A stretch of DNA of 64,000 nucleotides from Candidatus Aminicenantes bacterium. Its GTDB lineage: Bacteria; Acidobacteriota; Aminicenantia; Aminicenantales; UBA4085. Position numbers and translations under genes: made by a program. The notes below the pieces were generated by a model that saw only the letters and a list, made by a program, of their open reading frames with translations, was not told the origin of the DNA and ran no database searches. Position 1 is the first letter of the stretch. The number at the start of each line of letters is the position of its first letter. Location: contig OY970261.1 of the NCBI GenBank assembly GCA_963715635.1, positions 2,161,011-2,225,010 of the forward strand. Reading direction: 5' to 3'. Positions 48,409 through 60,745 of the stretch are shown here, one piece after another.

Positions 48409-49224
48409 CAGGTCCGCTCGCTCCGGAATGTAATCTCGACCCGGGCACCCGGCTTGGCCTTGACGACCTCGAAGGCCGAGGCTTCCCGCCGGGCAATCTC
48501 GATCGTGGCCAGGCTTCCGGGCAGAAAAAAGAGTTCCCCTTTTTTGGCCGAAGCATAGCTGTCCCGGAAAGACGTGATCACGGTTGTTCCCAGCCTCAAG
48601 GTCGGGCTTCCTTTTTTTCCGCTTCTGCGGAGCCGGCGGATGCTCTCCGATGGGATGTTCGTGATCATATTCCCGAAGTGATCGGTGTAAAGGACATGAC
48701 CGGCGACGGATTCCTTTGAAAACCTGGGTTTGGGGATTTTGAATTTTTTATAATCCCGAAGGGGCGGGCCGAATTCTTCCAATGAGCAATCCTGTGACAG
48801 CCAGGCGGCCGCCGGGGCCATGCGGTCCCGTCCTTCAAAAGTCCGGCCGGGTCCGGCCAGGAAAAACTTTTCCTCGCTCAAGCCGATGATCCGCTCCGGT
48901 TTTTCTGCATCCAGGACATAGCTCAGAACGCCATTGTCCGGGGCGATGAAATAGTATTTCTTCGTTTTCACGAGGAGGATGCGTTCAACGCGTTCCCACG
49001 CCGGGATCGACGACAACGACAAAAATTGTCCCCGCGGGGAAGAACCGGAAGCAGCCGGACAAAAGGAACGCGCCCTCATGGACGTCGAACGACCGGACGT
49101 GGTGGGAAATATCCACAATATTCGCGGCCGGCTGGATGCTGAGAATGACCGCTTTCAGGGATGCGGCGAAGAAATCCTGGTCCCCATAGTCCGTAAGAAG
49201 GGCGATCACCGGCGCTTTCATCAT
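48408..49224 (-). pseudogene. SAM hydroxide adenosyltransferase (DUF62/fluorinase-like) gene split by a +1 frameshift near 48985
   Basis: N-part ends [9 protein letters not shown]. C-part resumes in the other frame with [19 protein letters not shown]. Deleting one T in 'cgtTgaa' restores [10 protein letters not shown]. Confidence 0.6.
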
Positions 49225-49405
49225 TATTTATATTATTTTATTCGACGGCCATGGTCAACAAATGATAGCTTCGAGGAAGCATCTCCGTTTCCCCGAACAT
49301 TGATCATTCATGTTCCCTTTTTTAAGCCATCACGGAAACGGAGATGCTTCCAAGCTTCGAGTCCTTGTTGACCGTCGCGAGAATTCGTGTTAATTTTTCC
49401 TAAAC

Positions 49406-51052
49406 ATGCGATTTCTGCGGGTCCTCGCGAACTGTCTCCTCAGTGGATTCTTTTTTTGTCTGCTCTTGGCCCTGCTGATAGCCGACCTCAACATCAACCT
49501 CGTCCTGAAGCCTTATGTCCTCGTCAAGCTGGCGGTCTTTCTCATGCCCAGTTATGGGTTGCTGGTCGTCCTCGCCGGCCTCTGCGTCTTTTACATCCAT
49601 AACTTTTTTACAAGCAAAAAAGGCCGGCCGGGGTTTGTCTCCCCCTCATTCCTGACCTTGAGCTTCTCACTGCTGGCCGTCGTCTTTCTCATCGTCCTCA
49701 GGGAAAACTATGTTTATTTTTCCTCTTTTTTTGCGGCCGGGCTTCAGACGCGCCTCCTCATCCAAATGATAGCGCTCTTCCTGCTGGCGATTGCAGGGTT
49801 CGTGTTCCATTATCGATACCATCATCACAAGCCCCTCCGGATTTATTTCCCCCTTTTTTTCATCCTTCTCGGCCTTGTGCTGGGCCTTGGTCTCTTCCTC
49901 AGGTGGAATTATCCCCGGCCGGAACGGCCCGCCAAGCTCGCCGGCCTCGAGGCCAAAATCATCGAGAAAAGAATCACTATCCTCAGCCTGGAGGGCCTGA
50001 GCCTGGACTTTATCCTGCCCCTTAGCAGCGAACGGAAACTTCCGAATTTCACTTGGCTCATGGAAGGCGGCAGTTGGGGCCGCCTAGAAAATTTCACTCC
50101 GAACGAATTCTCGGTCCTCAACCGCTCCTTTAACACGGGCAAGCTCCCCGGGAAACATCGCCTGGTTTCCGAGGTCCAATACCGGATCCCGGGAATCCGG
50201 GATAAAATCGAGGTCGTCCCCCGCTTCATTCTTTTCCGCCAGCTGAAGCGGACGGGTCTGCTGCAGGTCCTGCCGAATGATCCTCCGTCGCAAGCTAAAG
50301 ACATCTGGAAAATCTTTGAAGACCAGGGGGCGTCATTTATCAGAAAGGACCGCCCCCTGGCCGAACAGGTGTCCGTCCCACCCAGCCCCAAGACGGAAAA
50401 GATTTTTCTGACCTTTTACAAGGAATTCCAGTTCGAAACGTCCAGGATTTTCTCTCAGGTCAAACGCGCCTTCTTCCGGGACAGCGAGTCGGAGGAAAAG
50501 GCCTTCCAGAATAAGAACGAAATCCAACCCCGGTTGTTCGCCCTGTGCCTGGACGGGTTGAACACGACGGAGACGTATTTCTATAAATACAGCGTTCCGG
50601 AGGCGTTCGGGGATATCCGCCAGGAAGAGATTCAAAAATACGGAGCCGTCATCGAAAAATATTATCAATTCTACGACCAGATTATCGGCAAGTACCTCGC
50701 TTCACTCAAAGAGGATGAGATGCTGGTCGTCTATTCGGCCCACGGCATCGAACCTCTGCCGTTCTGGAAAAGACTCGTCGAATGGATCCTGGGGAATGCG
50801 GCTGTCACTTCTTACCACGAGCAGGCCCCGGACGGCGCGATTTTCATTTACGGAAAGGACATCGCCCGGGGGAAAAATATCGAAGGCATGAAGCTCCTGG
50901 ATGTCATGCCCAGCCTGCTCTATGACCTGGGCCTTCCGGTGGGCAAGGACATGGACGGCATCGTCCGCAGCTCGCTCTTCCTCCGAGAATTCACGGAAGA
51001 GAACCCGATCTTTTACATTTCGTCCTATGAGGATGTGAACATCAAGAAATAA
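49406..51052 (+). CDS. Polytopic membrane protein with C-terminal alkaline-phosphatase-superfamily (sulfatase/phosphodiesterase-like) domain
   Basis: About 6 N-terminal TM helices. C-terminal 'VVYSAHGIEP...LLDVMPSLLYDLGLPVGKDMDG' resembles the AlkP-type C-terminus. Confidence 0.45.
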   Translation: MRFLRVLANCLLSGFFFCLLLALLIADLNINLVLKPYVLVKLAVFLMPSYGLLVVLAGLCVFYIHNFFTSKKGRPGFVSPSFLTLSFSLLAVVFLIVLRENYVYFSSFFAAGLQTRLLIQMIALFLLAIAGFVFHYRYHHHKPLRIYFPLFFILLGLVLGLGLFLRWNYPRPERPAKLAGLEAKIIEKRITILSLEGLSLDFILPLSSERKLPNFTWLMEGGSWGRLENFTPNEFSVLNRSFNTGKLPGKHRLVSEVQYRIPGIRDKIEVVPRFILFRQLKRTGLLQVLPNDPPSQAKDIWKIFEDQGASFIRKDRPLAEQVSVPPSPKTEKIFLTFYKEFQFETSRIFSQVKRAFFRDSESEEKAFQNKNEIQPRLFALCLDGLNTTETYFYKYSVPEAFGDIRQEEIQKYGAVIEKYYQFYDQIIGKYLASLKEDEMLVVYSAHGIEPLPFWKRLVEWILGNAAVTSYHEQAPDGAIFIYGKDIARGKNIEGMKLLDVMPSLLYDLGLPVGKDMDGIVRSSLFLREFTEENPIFYISSYEDVNIKK

Positions 51053-51074
51053 GCCGGGGGTGTCGCTCGGGCTC

Positions 51075-51782
51075 TTAGCGGATGAACTTCAGCATCCGTC
51101 CCCAGCGGGCTTTGGGAAGGAAACTGACCAACTTTTTGAGCCGGTCGCTGAGGCTTGTCTTTTTATAGGCGTCGTGTTCCGCCTTGTAAGAAAAATAGAT
51201 GAGCCAGGGCCGGCCTTTGATATAGCTAAAGGGGACAAAGCCCCAATAGCGGGAATCTAAGCTGTTGTCGCGGTTGTCGCCCATGGCAAATAGGTGGCCG
51301 GGCGGGACGACGACCGGGCCAAAATTGTCACGGATGCTTTCGCCATAATTATACGTATCGTTTTTGGCGATGACTTGGCTGTCGCTATGGACCTTGTATT
51401 TTTCTTCGATAGGCTTGTCGTTGATATACACCTGTTTGTTCTTGATCTCCAGCTTCTCTCCCGGCAGCCCGATCGCGCGCTTGACGTAATCCTCGCTGAG
51501 ATTGTTTGGATTTTTAAAAACGACAATATCCTGCCGCCTGATGTTGCGCCGGGGAAGAATTTTCTCCTCGATCGGCGAAAGCGTGTTGGCATAGACGAGC
51601 TTATTGACCAGGAGAAAATCCCCGACGAGAAGCGTCGGCTCCATGGAGCCCGTCGGGATTTGGAAGGCCTGGACGACAAAGGTCATGACGAAAAAGACAA
51701 ACACGGCCGTCTCGGCAATGAGCTCGAAATATTCGCGAAAAACGCTCGTGGTCCGTTTTTTCGACTCTTTCTCTTCTGTCAT
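51075..51782 (-). CDS. lepB: Signal peptidase I
   Basis: GSMEPTLLVGDFLLVNK and GDNRDNSLDSRYWGFVP boxes. Confidence 0.85.
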   Translation of the reverse strand: MTEEKESKKRTTSVFREYFELIAETAVFVFFVMTFVVQAFQIPTGSMEPTLLVGDFLLVNKLVYANTLSPIEEKILPRRNIRRQDIVVFKNPNNLSEDYVKRAIGLPGEKLEIKNKQVYINDKPIEEKYKVHSDSQVIAKNDTYNYGESIRDNFGPVVVPPGHLFAMGDNRDNSLDSRYWGFVPFSYIKGRPWLIYFSYKAEHDAYKKTSLSDRLKKLVSFLPKARWGRMLKFIR

Positions 51783-52245
51783 GCTCCACCTAAAGAAGTC
51801 ATACTATAGCTAAAAACAAAAAATCTATCAACACCATTTTGGTATTAATTCGCCGGGCGAGGGGTGTGCCGCGCAAAAGCCCTTCCCTAGTAGAGGGAGA
51901 TTGCTCAATATTTTTAGCGACTGAGCATAACCATCAGAATAAAATCATGGAGCTTTGGGAAGAGATGAAGCGACCATGAGGGATTTAGCCTAAAAATTCC
52001 GCCTTTTGAGGGGAACCTCTTTGAGGTCGGCGAGAATGTTTGAGCAAGAACAATATATCAAGATATGCCATGATGTGGACAGGGGCATAATTTCAAAGTG
52101 ATTATCAAATGTGCGAGAAACGCAGCTGCCGAAAAAGGCGAAATTTTTATGGCGTAAAAAATCCCGTTAGGGAGCGAGTCCCTTCCCAAAGCTCCGCCCC
52201 GAGCCCTCTCTTGACAGGAGCGCGGATTCGGGCTTTACTTAATCC

Positions 52246-54790
<2,545 letters not shown>

Positions 54791-54823
54791 ATTTTAAATA
54801 TTCCGTTAGGATAAGGGCTTACC

Positions 54824-56359
54824 ATGAAAAAAGGACTACGCTGGAAAATCCTACTGACTCTGGCCATTACGGCCGGCGCGATTGTCATCTCCTACCCCAT
54901 CACGAAAAAGATCAAACTCGGATTGGATTTGAAGGGCGGCATGCATCTCGTGATGCAGGTTATCACCGATGACGCCGTCACCATGGAGACCGACCAGGAG
55001 ATCCTCCGGCTGCAGGAGCGCTTCAAGAAAGACAGCATCACCTTCACCACGATGACGAAAGAGGGGCCGGGCCGGTTCATCATTCAGGGGACCGCGCCGG
55101 ACCAAGAGGGCAAGATCAAAGACCATCTCGATCAGTATCTCCGGGATTGGGACTATATATTCGCAGGGACATCGGCGACGGTTACCCTGAAAACAGTGGC
55201 TCTCCTCGCCCTGAAAGAGCAGGCCGTCAGCCAGTCCGTCGAGACCATCCGAAACCGCATTGATCAATTCGGCGTCGCCGAACCGGTCATCCAGCGCTAC
55301 GGCAACGAGCGGATCATCGTCGAGCTGCCAGGGGTCGATAATCCCGAGCGCGTCCAGGACATAATCAAGACTGCGGCCATCCTGGAGTGGAAGCTGGTCA
55401 AGGCCGGGCCCGCGCCCGATGAGGCGACTCTGCTGAAGGACTTCGGCGGAAAAGTGCCCGATGATATGGAACTCAAAAAAGGAGATCCCAAGCGAAGGGC
55501 CGAGGGCTTTTACCTCGTCAACAAAGTGGCGGCCGTCACCGGAAAAGACCTCCGCATGGTCCGCCGCAGCACCGACGAATGGAACCAGCCCGCCGTTGCC
55601 TTTCAATTGAAGCCGGACGGCGCCCGGCGCTTCGAACAGGTGACGGGCGAAAATGTCGGAAAGCAGCTGGCGATCATTCTGGACGGAAAGGTCCAGTCGG
55701 CGCCCAACATCAACACCCGTATTTCTGATAGCGGCATCATCCAGGGCCATTTCACCCTCGAAGCGGCGGATGATCTCGTCCTCGTCCTCAGAGCCGGAGC
55801 GCTTCCGGCGGGGATCAAGACGCTCGAGAACCGGACGATCGGGCCTTCGCTCGGCGCCGACTCGGTCAAAGCGGGCCTTCTCTCCTTCCTGGTCGCCGTC
55901 ATCTCGGTCATGACGTTCATGATCATCTATTACAGGTTCTCCGGCGTCAACGCTATCATCGCCCTTATTTTGAACGTCATTTTCATGTTTGGCGCTCTAG
56001 CCTACTTCCGGGCCACGCTGACCCTCCCCGGCATTGCCGGCATTATTCTAGGCGTGGGCATGGCCGTGGATGCTAACGTTCTGGTCTTTGAGAGAATGCG
56101 GGAAGAACTGGCTCTCGGCAAGAGCATCCTGAACTCGATATCGCTCGGCTTTTCCCGGGCCTTCAGCGCGATCTTCGACTCGAACCTGACGACCATCATT
56201 TCGGCCGTCTTCCTCTTCCAGTTCGGCACGGGCCCGATCAAGGGATACGCGGTCACGCTTATTATCAGCCTTGTCGCCAACCTATTCACGGCCGTCTTTG
56301 TCTCGCACTGGATCTTTGACGCGACGCACTCCAAAAAAACCCAAAAGTTGAGTATATAA
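54824..56359 (+). CDS. secD: Protein translocase subunit SecD
   Basis: LGLDLKGG, periplasmic domain, C-terminal 6-TM region. Confidence 0.9.
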   Translation: MKKGLRWKILLTLAITAGAIVISYPITKKIKLGLDLKGGMHLVMQVITDDAVTMETDQEILRLQERFKKDSITFTTMTKEGPGRFIIQGTAPDQEGKIKDHLDQYLRDWDYIFAGTSATVTLKTVALLALKEQAVSQSVETIRNRIDQFGVAEPVIQRYGNERIIVELPGVDNPERVQDIIKTAAILEWKLVKAGPAPDEATLLKDFGGKVPDDMELKKGDPKRRAEGFYLVNKVAAVTGKDLRMVRRSTDEWNQPAVAFQLKPDGARRFEQVTGENVGKQLAIILDGKVQSAPNINTRISDSGIIQGHFTLEAADDLVLVLRAGALPAGIKTLENRTIGPSLGADSVKAGLLSFLVAVISVMTFMIIYYRFSGVNAIIALILNVIFMFGALAYFRATLTLPGIAGIILGVGMAVDANVLVFERMREELALGKSILNSISLGFSRAFSAIFDSNLTTIISAVFLFQFGTGPIKGYAVTLIISLVANLFTAVFVSHWIFDATHSKKTQKLSI

Positions 56360-56361
56360 CC

Positions 56362-57537
56362 ATGCCGCTCGTTCTATTCAAAACTCCCAATATCAAGTTC
56401 ATGAAGTACAAGTATTACGCTCTGGGCTTGACCCTTCTCATCGTCCTGGCCGGATTCATCAACATGGTCTTCGGAAAAGGTTTTAAGCCGGGCGTCAACT
56501 TCGGCGGGGGAACTCTCATCCGGATCATGTATAAAAATCCGATATCCGTCACGGACATCCGCCAGCAATTAAGGGATATTGGCCTGGGCGACAGCACGAT
56601 CCAGGAGACGGAAAAGGCCAGGCATGAATTCCAGATCCGGACGATGCAAGTCGTCAAAGCCGCGGACGCCCAACAGGAGCTGGAAGCCCACCAGAAGCTG
56701 GCCGACAGCGCCATCAGCGCGCTCAAAGGCAACGACGGCGCGGCCGAGCTTGCGCGCGGCTTGAAGGACCTGAACAACATCGATACCCGCGGACTGACTT
56801 CGCTTTTAGCGGAGGCTTTTGCCTCAGACGCTCCCGCTGTGGCCGATGAGATCCTCAATCTCCGGAAAAACAAAGGCATCTTCACGGATTATGCCGAGCT
56901 CGCCGAGGCCGATATCAAGCCCGAGATCAAGGGCCAAGTGATCACCTTCCTCAAAGACAAAACCTTTCTCGGCAAGCTGACCGTGATCAGCAAGGAAACG
57001 GTCGGACCCCAGGCCGGCGCCGATTTGCGAAAAAAGGCCGTCTTGGCCACGGTCTGGGCGCTGCTCGGAATGCTGGTTTATATCGCCTTTCGCTTCAAGC
57101 TGGAATACGGCGTCTCCGCCATCATCACTCTGACCCAGGACGTCCTGATCACCCTCAGTATCTACTCGTTCACGAGCAGAGAAATCAACCTCCCCATCAT
57201 CGCTGCCCTGTTGACCATCGTGGGATATTCGATCAATGACACGATCGTCATCTTCGACCGAGTCCGGGAAAACCAGCGAGCGATGCGGAAGGAAAAGCTC
57301 GAAAACATCATGGACAAAAGCCTCAACCAGTGTCTGGGGCGGACCATCATCACCACCGGCACCGTCTTCCTGACGCTCCTGGCGCTGTTCATTTTCGGCG
57401 GGAAAGTCATCAACGATTTCGCCTTTGCCATGCTGATCGGGTCGATCGAGGGAGTGTATTCGACCGTCTTTATGTCTTGCCCGGTCGTGCTCATCTGGAC
57501 GAAACTTTTCCCGAAAACAAAGGGTTTTCGAAAATAA
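56362..57537 (+). CDS. secF: Protein translocase subunit SecF
   Basis: SecF TM topology and YSINDTIVIFDRVREN motif. Confidence 0.9.
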   Translation: MPLVLFKTPNIKFMKYKYYALGLTLLIVLAGFINMVFGKGFKPGVNFGGGTLIRIMYKNPISVTDIRQQLRDIGLGDSTIQETEKARHEFQIRTMQVVKAADAQQELEAHQKLADSAISALKGNDGAAELARGLKDLNNIDTRGLTSLLAEAFASDAPAVADEILNLRKNKGIFTDYAELAEADIKPEIKGQVITFLKDKTFLGKLTVISKETVGPQAGADLRKKAVLATVWALLGMLVYIAFRFKLEYGVSAIITLTQDVLITLSIYSFTSREINLPIIAALLTIVGYSINDTIVIFDRVRENQRAMRKEKLENIMDKSLNQCLGRTIITTGTVFLTLLALFIFGGKVINDFAFAMLIGSIEGVYSTVFMSCPVVLIWTKLFPKTKGFRK

Positions 57538-57621
57538 TTTTTGAGAAAGACTTGCCAAAAAAATATTTTTATTTTATACTTCATGACGGTGGAATTGTAT
57601 GCCGTTCGCATGAGGTAAAAT

Positions 57622-58401
57622 ATGGCTGAACAACCCAAGCCGAAGCCCAAAACAGCCGGAGCCATCCCCGATCTTTTTAAGGACTCGTTTTTTGTCAGCG
57701 AAAAATTGGGAGCCAGACGCGCGTTTGCTTTCCCGGTCGCTCTGATCGTACATGCCGTCATTATAGGCGCCCTGATCGTCATTCCCTTGCTCTCGACCTC
57801 CGAGCTGCCCCGAGTCGAAGTCTACAGCGCTTTCCTCGCTCCGCCTCCGCCGCCTCCTCCCCCGCCCCCGCCTCCCCCGAAAAAGGCCGCCTCTGCCTCC
57901 ATTAAGCGCATAAAGCCAGTCCAAGCCCAGACCACGTTCGAAGCGGGGAAGCTTGTCGCCCCCGTCGAAATCCCTGACGCCATCGCCGAAGAGCAGATCT
58001 CTGCGATCGGCGTTGAAGGCGGCGTCGAAGGAGGCGTCGAGGGCGGTGTGATCGGCGGTGTGCTGGGCGGCGTCGTCGGCGGCGTCCTGGGCGGTGTCGT
58101 GGGCGAGGTTGAGGCACCGGTGAGAGTGGCCGGCGAGATCAAACCCCCCAAGCTCCTCAAGCAGATCGACCCACTCTATCCGGAAATTGCCCGCCAAGCC
58201 CGCGTCGAGGGCATCGTGATCATCGAAGCCCAGACCGACATCTACGGCCGGGTCCAGACGGTCAAGGTGCTGCGGTCGATTCCGCTGCTGGACCAGGCGG
58301 CCATCGATGCGGTCCGTCAGTGGGTCTATGAGCCCATGATTATCAACGGCCGGCCCAGGGGAGTCATTTTCACAGTGACCGTCCGTTTCACATTGAAATA
58401 A
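57622..58401 (+). CDS. tonB: Energy transducer TonB
   Basis: N-terminal TM, poly-Pro linker (PPPPPPPPPPPPPK), C-terminal TonB domain (YPEIARQARVEGIVIIE). Confidence 0.8.
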   Translation: MAEQPKPKPKTAGAIPDLFKDSFFVSEKLGARRAFAFPVALIVHAVIIGALIVIPLLSTSELPRVEVYSAFLAPPPPPPPPPPPPPKKAASASIKRIKPVQAQTTFEAGKLVAPVEIPDAIAEEQISAIGVEGGVEGGVEGGVIGGVLGGVVGGVLGGVVGEVEAPVRVAGEIKPPKLLKQIDPLYPEIARQARVEGIVIIEAQTDIYGRVQTVKVLRSIPLLDQAAIDAVRQWVYEPMIINGRPRGVIFTVTVRFTLK

Positions 58402-58457
58402 CGTTTGGAACAACTAAAGCTATCCATGGCTTTTGAATATTAAAAGGAGGTACCTAA

Positions 58458-59135
58458 ATGGAATTCGGTTTAGTTCAAATGTGGCAGTCCATGGGCAATG
58501 TTGCGAGAGGGGTCTCATTCCTCCTCATCGCTCTTTCCATTATCTCTCTCTATCTGTTTGTCGAAAGACTGCTCATGTTCAGAAAAGCCAAAACCAGGTC
58601 AAAGCTGGTTGCTCCCAAGCTTGCCGACATGCTGAAGAATGGCCAAATCAAAGAGGCTTTCAGTCTGGCATCCAAGAAAGAAAACAAGGGCAGCCATCTG
58701 GCGCGGGTCACGGCGGCCGGCATTCAGGAATTCCTGGAGGGCAAGGAAGCCAACTTGAGCTTCACGGAACAGATCGAAACCGCTCAGAGAGGCTGTCTGC
58801 GAGCCTCGTCCATCTTCGACCAGGAATTGAAAAGAGGCTTGAGCGTTCTGGCAACTATCGCCACCTCGGCTCCCTTTATCGGGCTGTTCGGAACGATTTC
58901 CGGCATCATCAATGCATTCCGCGGCATGGCCTTGACGGGATCCGGCGGGATCGGGGCCGTGGCTTCCGGTATTGCCGAAGCTCTTGTCACCACGGCTTTC
59001 GGGATCGGCGTGGCGATCATCGCCCTGTGGTGCTATAACATCTTGAACTCCAGGATCGAAATCTATGACGCCGAAATGTCCAATACCGCGTCCCAGGTCC
59101 TGGACTTCTTCATCAGACGCACGCAGACCAAATAA
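58458..59135 (+). CDS. exbB: MotA/TolQ/ExbB proton-channel protein
   Basis: 3-TM protein with LATIATSAPFIGLFGTISGII. Confidence 0.85.
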   Translation: MEFGLVQMWQSMGNVARGVSFLLIALSIISLYLFVERLLMFRKAKTRSKLVAPKLADMLKNGQIKEAFSLASKKENKGSHLARVTAAGIQEFLEGKEANLSFTEQIETAQRGCLRASSIFDQELKRGLSVLATIATSAPFIGLFGTISGIINAFRGMALTGSGGIGAVASGIAEALVTTAFGIGVAIIALWCYNILNSRIEIYDAEMSNTASQVLDFFIRRTQTK

Positions 59136-59177
59136 GAAAAAAGGCAAGCCTTTCAATAGCCAGAAAAGAGGATAATA

Positions 59178-59606
59178 ATGTCAATCTCAATCGGGGGCGA
59201 AGAAAAGATAAAATCTGAACCCAACGTCGTGCCCCTCTGCGACGTTCTTCTCGTCCTGCTGATCATCTTCATGGTCGTGACTCCCCTGGTTCAAAAAGGC
59301 GTGGATCTCAAGCTTCCCACGGCGATGACCACAGTCGCCATGGCCACCGACACCGACCGAGTCGTCCTGTACATTAAAAAAGACGGGACCATGTATCTGA
59401 ACCAAGACAAAGTGGGCTCCATCGACAAACTGCAGTCCATGCTGGAGGAAGCGTTTCTGAGCATCACCGACAAGAAGCTCTATCTGAGGGCGGACCAGGA
59501 TCTGGAATATGGGAAACTGGTCGGGATCTACGACAAAATCCGAGATGCCGGGATCGAGGACATCGCCATCATCGCAGAGAAGAAGACCTCGGAAAAGACC
59601 CCCTAA
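59178..59606 (+). CDS. exbD: Biopolymer transport protein ExbD/TolR
   Basis: PLCDVLLVLLIIFMV TM and ExbD periplasmic domain. Confidence 0.85.
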   Translation: MSISIGGEEKIKSEPNVVPLCDVLLVLLIIFMVVTPLVQKGVDLKLPTAMTTVAMATDTDRVVLYIKKDGTMYLNQDKVGSIDKLQSMLEEAFLSITDKKLYLRADQDLEYGKLVGIYDKIRDAGIEDIAIIAEKKTSEKTP

Positions 59607-60745
59607 TTATTGTTTCGCCGACAAAACCGAGGGGTAAGCGCACTTTCCACATCGCGCTTGCCCCTCGGTTTCCATTTTAAGACGTCCCACCAAATATTCG
59701 ACCCCTCCATACAGAGATAAAGGGGAATGTCTTCCCCGCCCCACTTTTTGATCATCCCGGCGATCTGCCGGAAGAGCTCCAGGCGAAGAGGCCTGAAATA
59801 GCGCAGCTTTCCATCCTGCCCCAGAATGAATTCATCATAGATGATCGTCGTCGCGGGAAAACGTGTCTGGATGACCTTCTTCAACGCCGGCGGAAACCTC
59901 AAGGCGCCCAGACTGATCCAAGCCAGACTTGAGCGAGGGACCGTTTGAAAGAGAGAACGAATGACCTCTTCATAATCCCGCTCCCAGCCCGGATAGCGGA
60001 CCAGGGGATCAAAATGGAACCCGACGCGGTATCCCTTGTTTGCCGCATCACGGGCGGCCCGGATGCGTTCCGCCACAGGTGGAGCTCCGATCTCTTCTTC
60101 CACGGCGATTCGCTCCGTGTTCAGCGACCAGGATATCACGATGTTGCCGGACGCTCCGGCCGCAGGGAGATTCCGGGTGTCCGCGGTCTTGGTCTTGAGT
60201 TCTAAACTGACATTGCCCTTCCCCTGAAAATAAGAGATCAAGTCCGTCGAAAGATGGGTGATAGGATCGAGGGCCAGGGAATCTCCGAGCTCCCCGGTTC
60301 CAACACGGACGAACCTCCGGCCCTGTTTTTCAAGAAAGCCGTCGAGCTCGCGCCACAAATCCTCCAGGTTCGTGAAGACGACGAGCCAGGGATCGGCCAG
60401 ATAGTGTTGAAGAATGCAATACTTGCAGTCCAGTGGGCATTGAAGGTTGAGGTTGATGATGAAATAACCGCAGCCGATGGCGCGAGGCGTGCACGGGCAG
60501 GGTTTGACGAACCGTCCTTTCTGGGTCGTCAAGTAGAGAGTCCGTTTCCCTTCTCTGACAGGGTCGTCCGAACGGCGAATGACTTCGAGAATAGCTTGTT
60601 TATCGCGAGGACCCCGGACGACCTCCCGTGGAATGCCGCGCAAATTCGCAAGAATTCGTTCCGTCAACGCGGAATCCAGGGATTTTTTGTCGATATACAC
60701 CTTTTGAATAAGAGGGGAAGGCCGATTGGCCGGAAGGTTGGTCAC
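59603..60745 (-). CDS. Radical SAM protein, spore-photoproduct-lyase-like (SplB family)
   Basis: CxxxCxxC cluster CPLDCKYC. About 380 aa. Confidence 0.55.
   Translation of the reverse strand: MTNLPANRPSPLIQKVYIDKKSLDSALTERILANLRGIPREVVRGPRDKQAILEVIRRSDDPVREGKRTLYLTTQKGRFVKPCPCTPRAIGCGYFIINLNLQCPLDCKYCILQHYLADPWLVVFTNLEDLWRELDGFLEKQGRRFVRVGTGELGDSLALDPITHLSTDLISYFQGKGNVSLELKTKTADTRNLPAAGASGNIVISWSLNTERIAVEEEIGAPPVAERIRAARDAANKGYRVGFHFDPLVRYPGWERDYEEVIRSLFQTVPRSSLAWISLGALRFPPALKKVIQTRFPATTIIYDEFILGQDGKLRYFRPLRLELFRQIAGMIKKWGGEDIPLYLCMEGSNIWWDVLKWKPRGKRDVESALTPRFCRRNNN

Noticed and set aside
54851-55926. 299-aa and 107-aa minus-strand ORFs
   Set aside because: Antisense within secD. High-GC frame artefacts
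57574-58413. 279-aa minus-strand ORF and Pro/Arg-rich small ORFs
   Set aside because: Antisense to tonB, generated by the GC-rich Pro/Gly repeats
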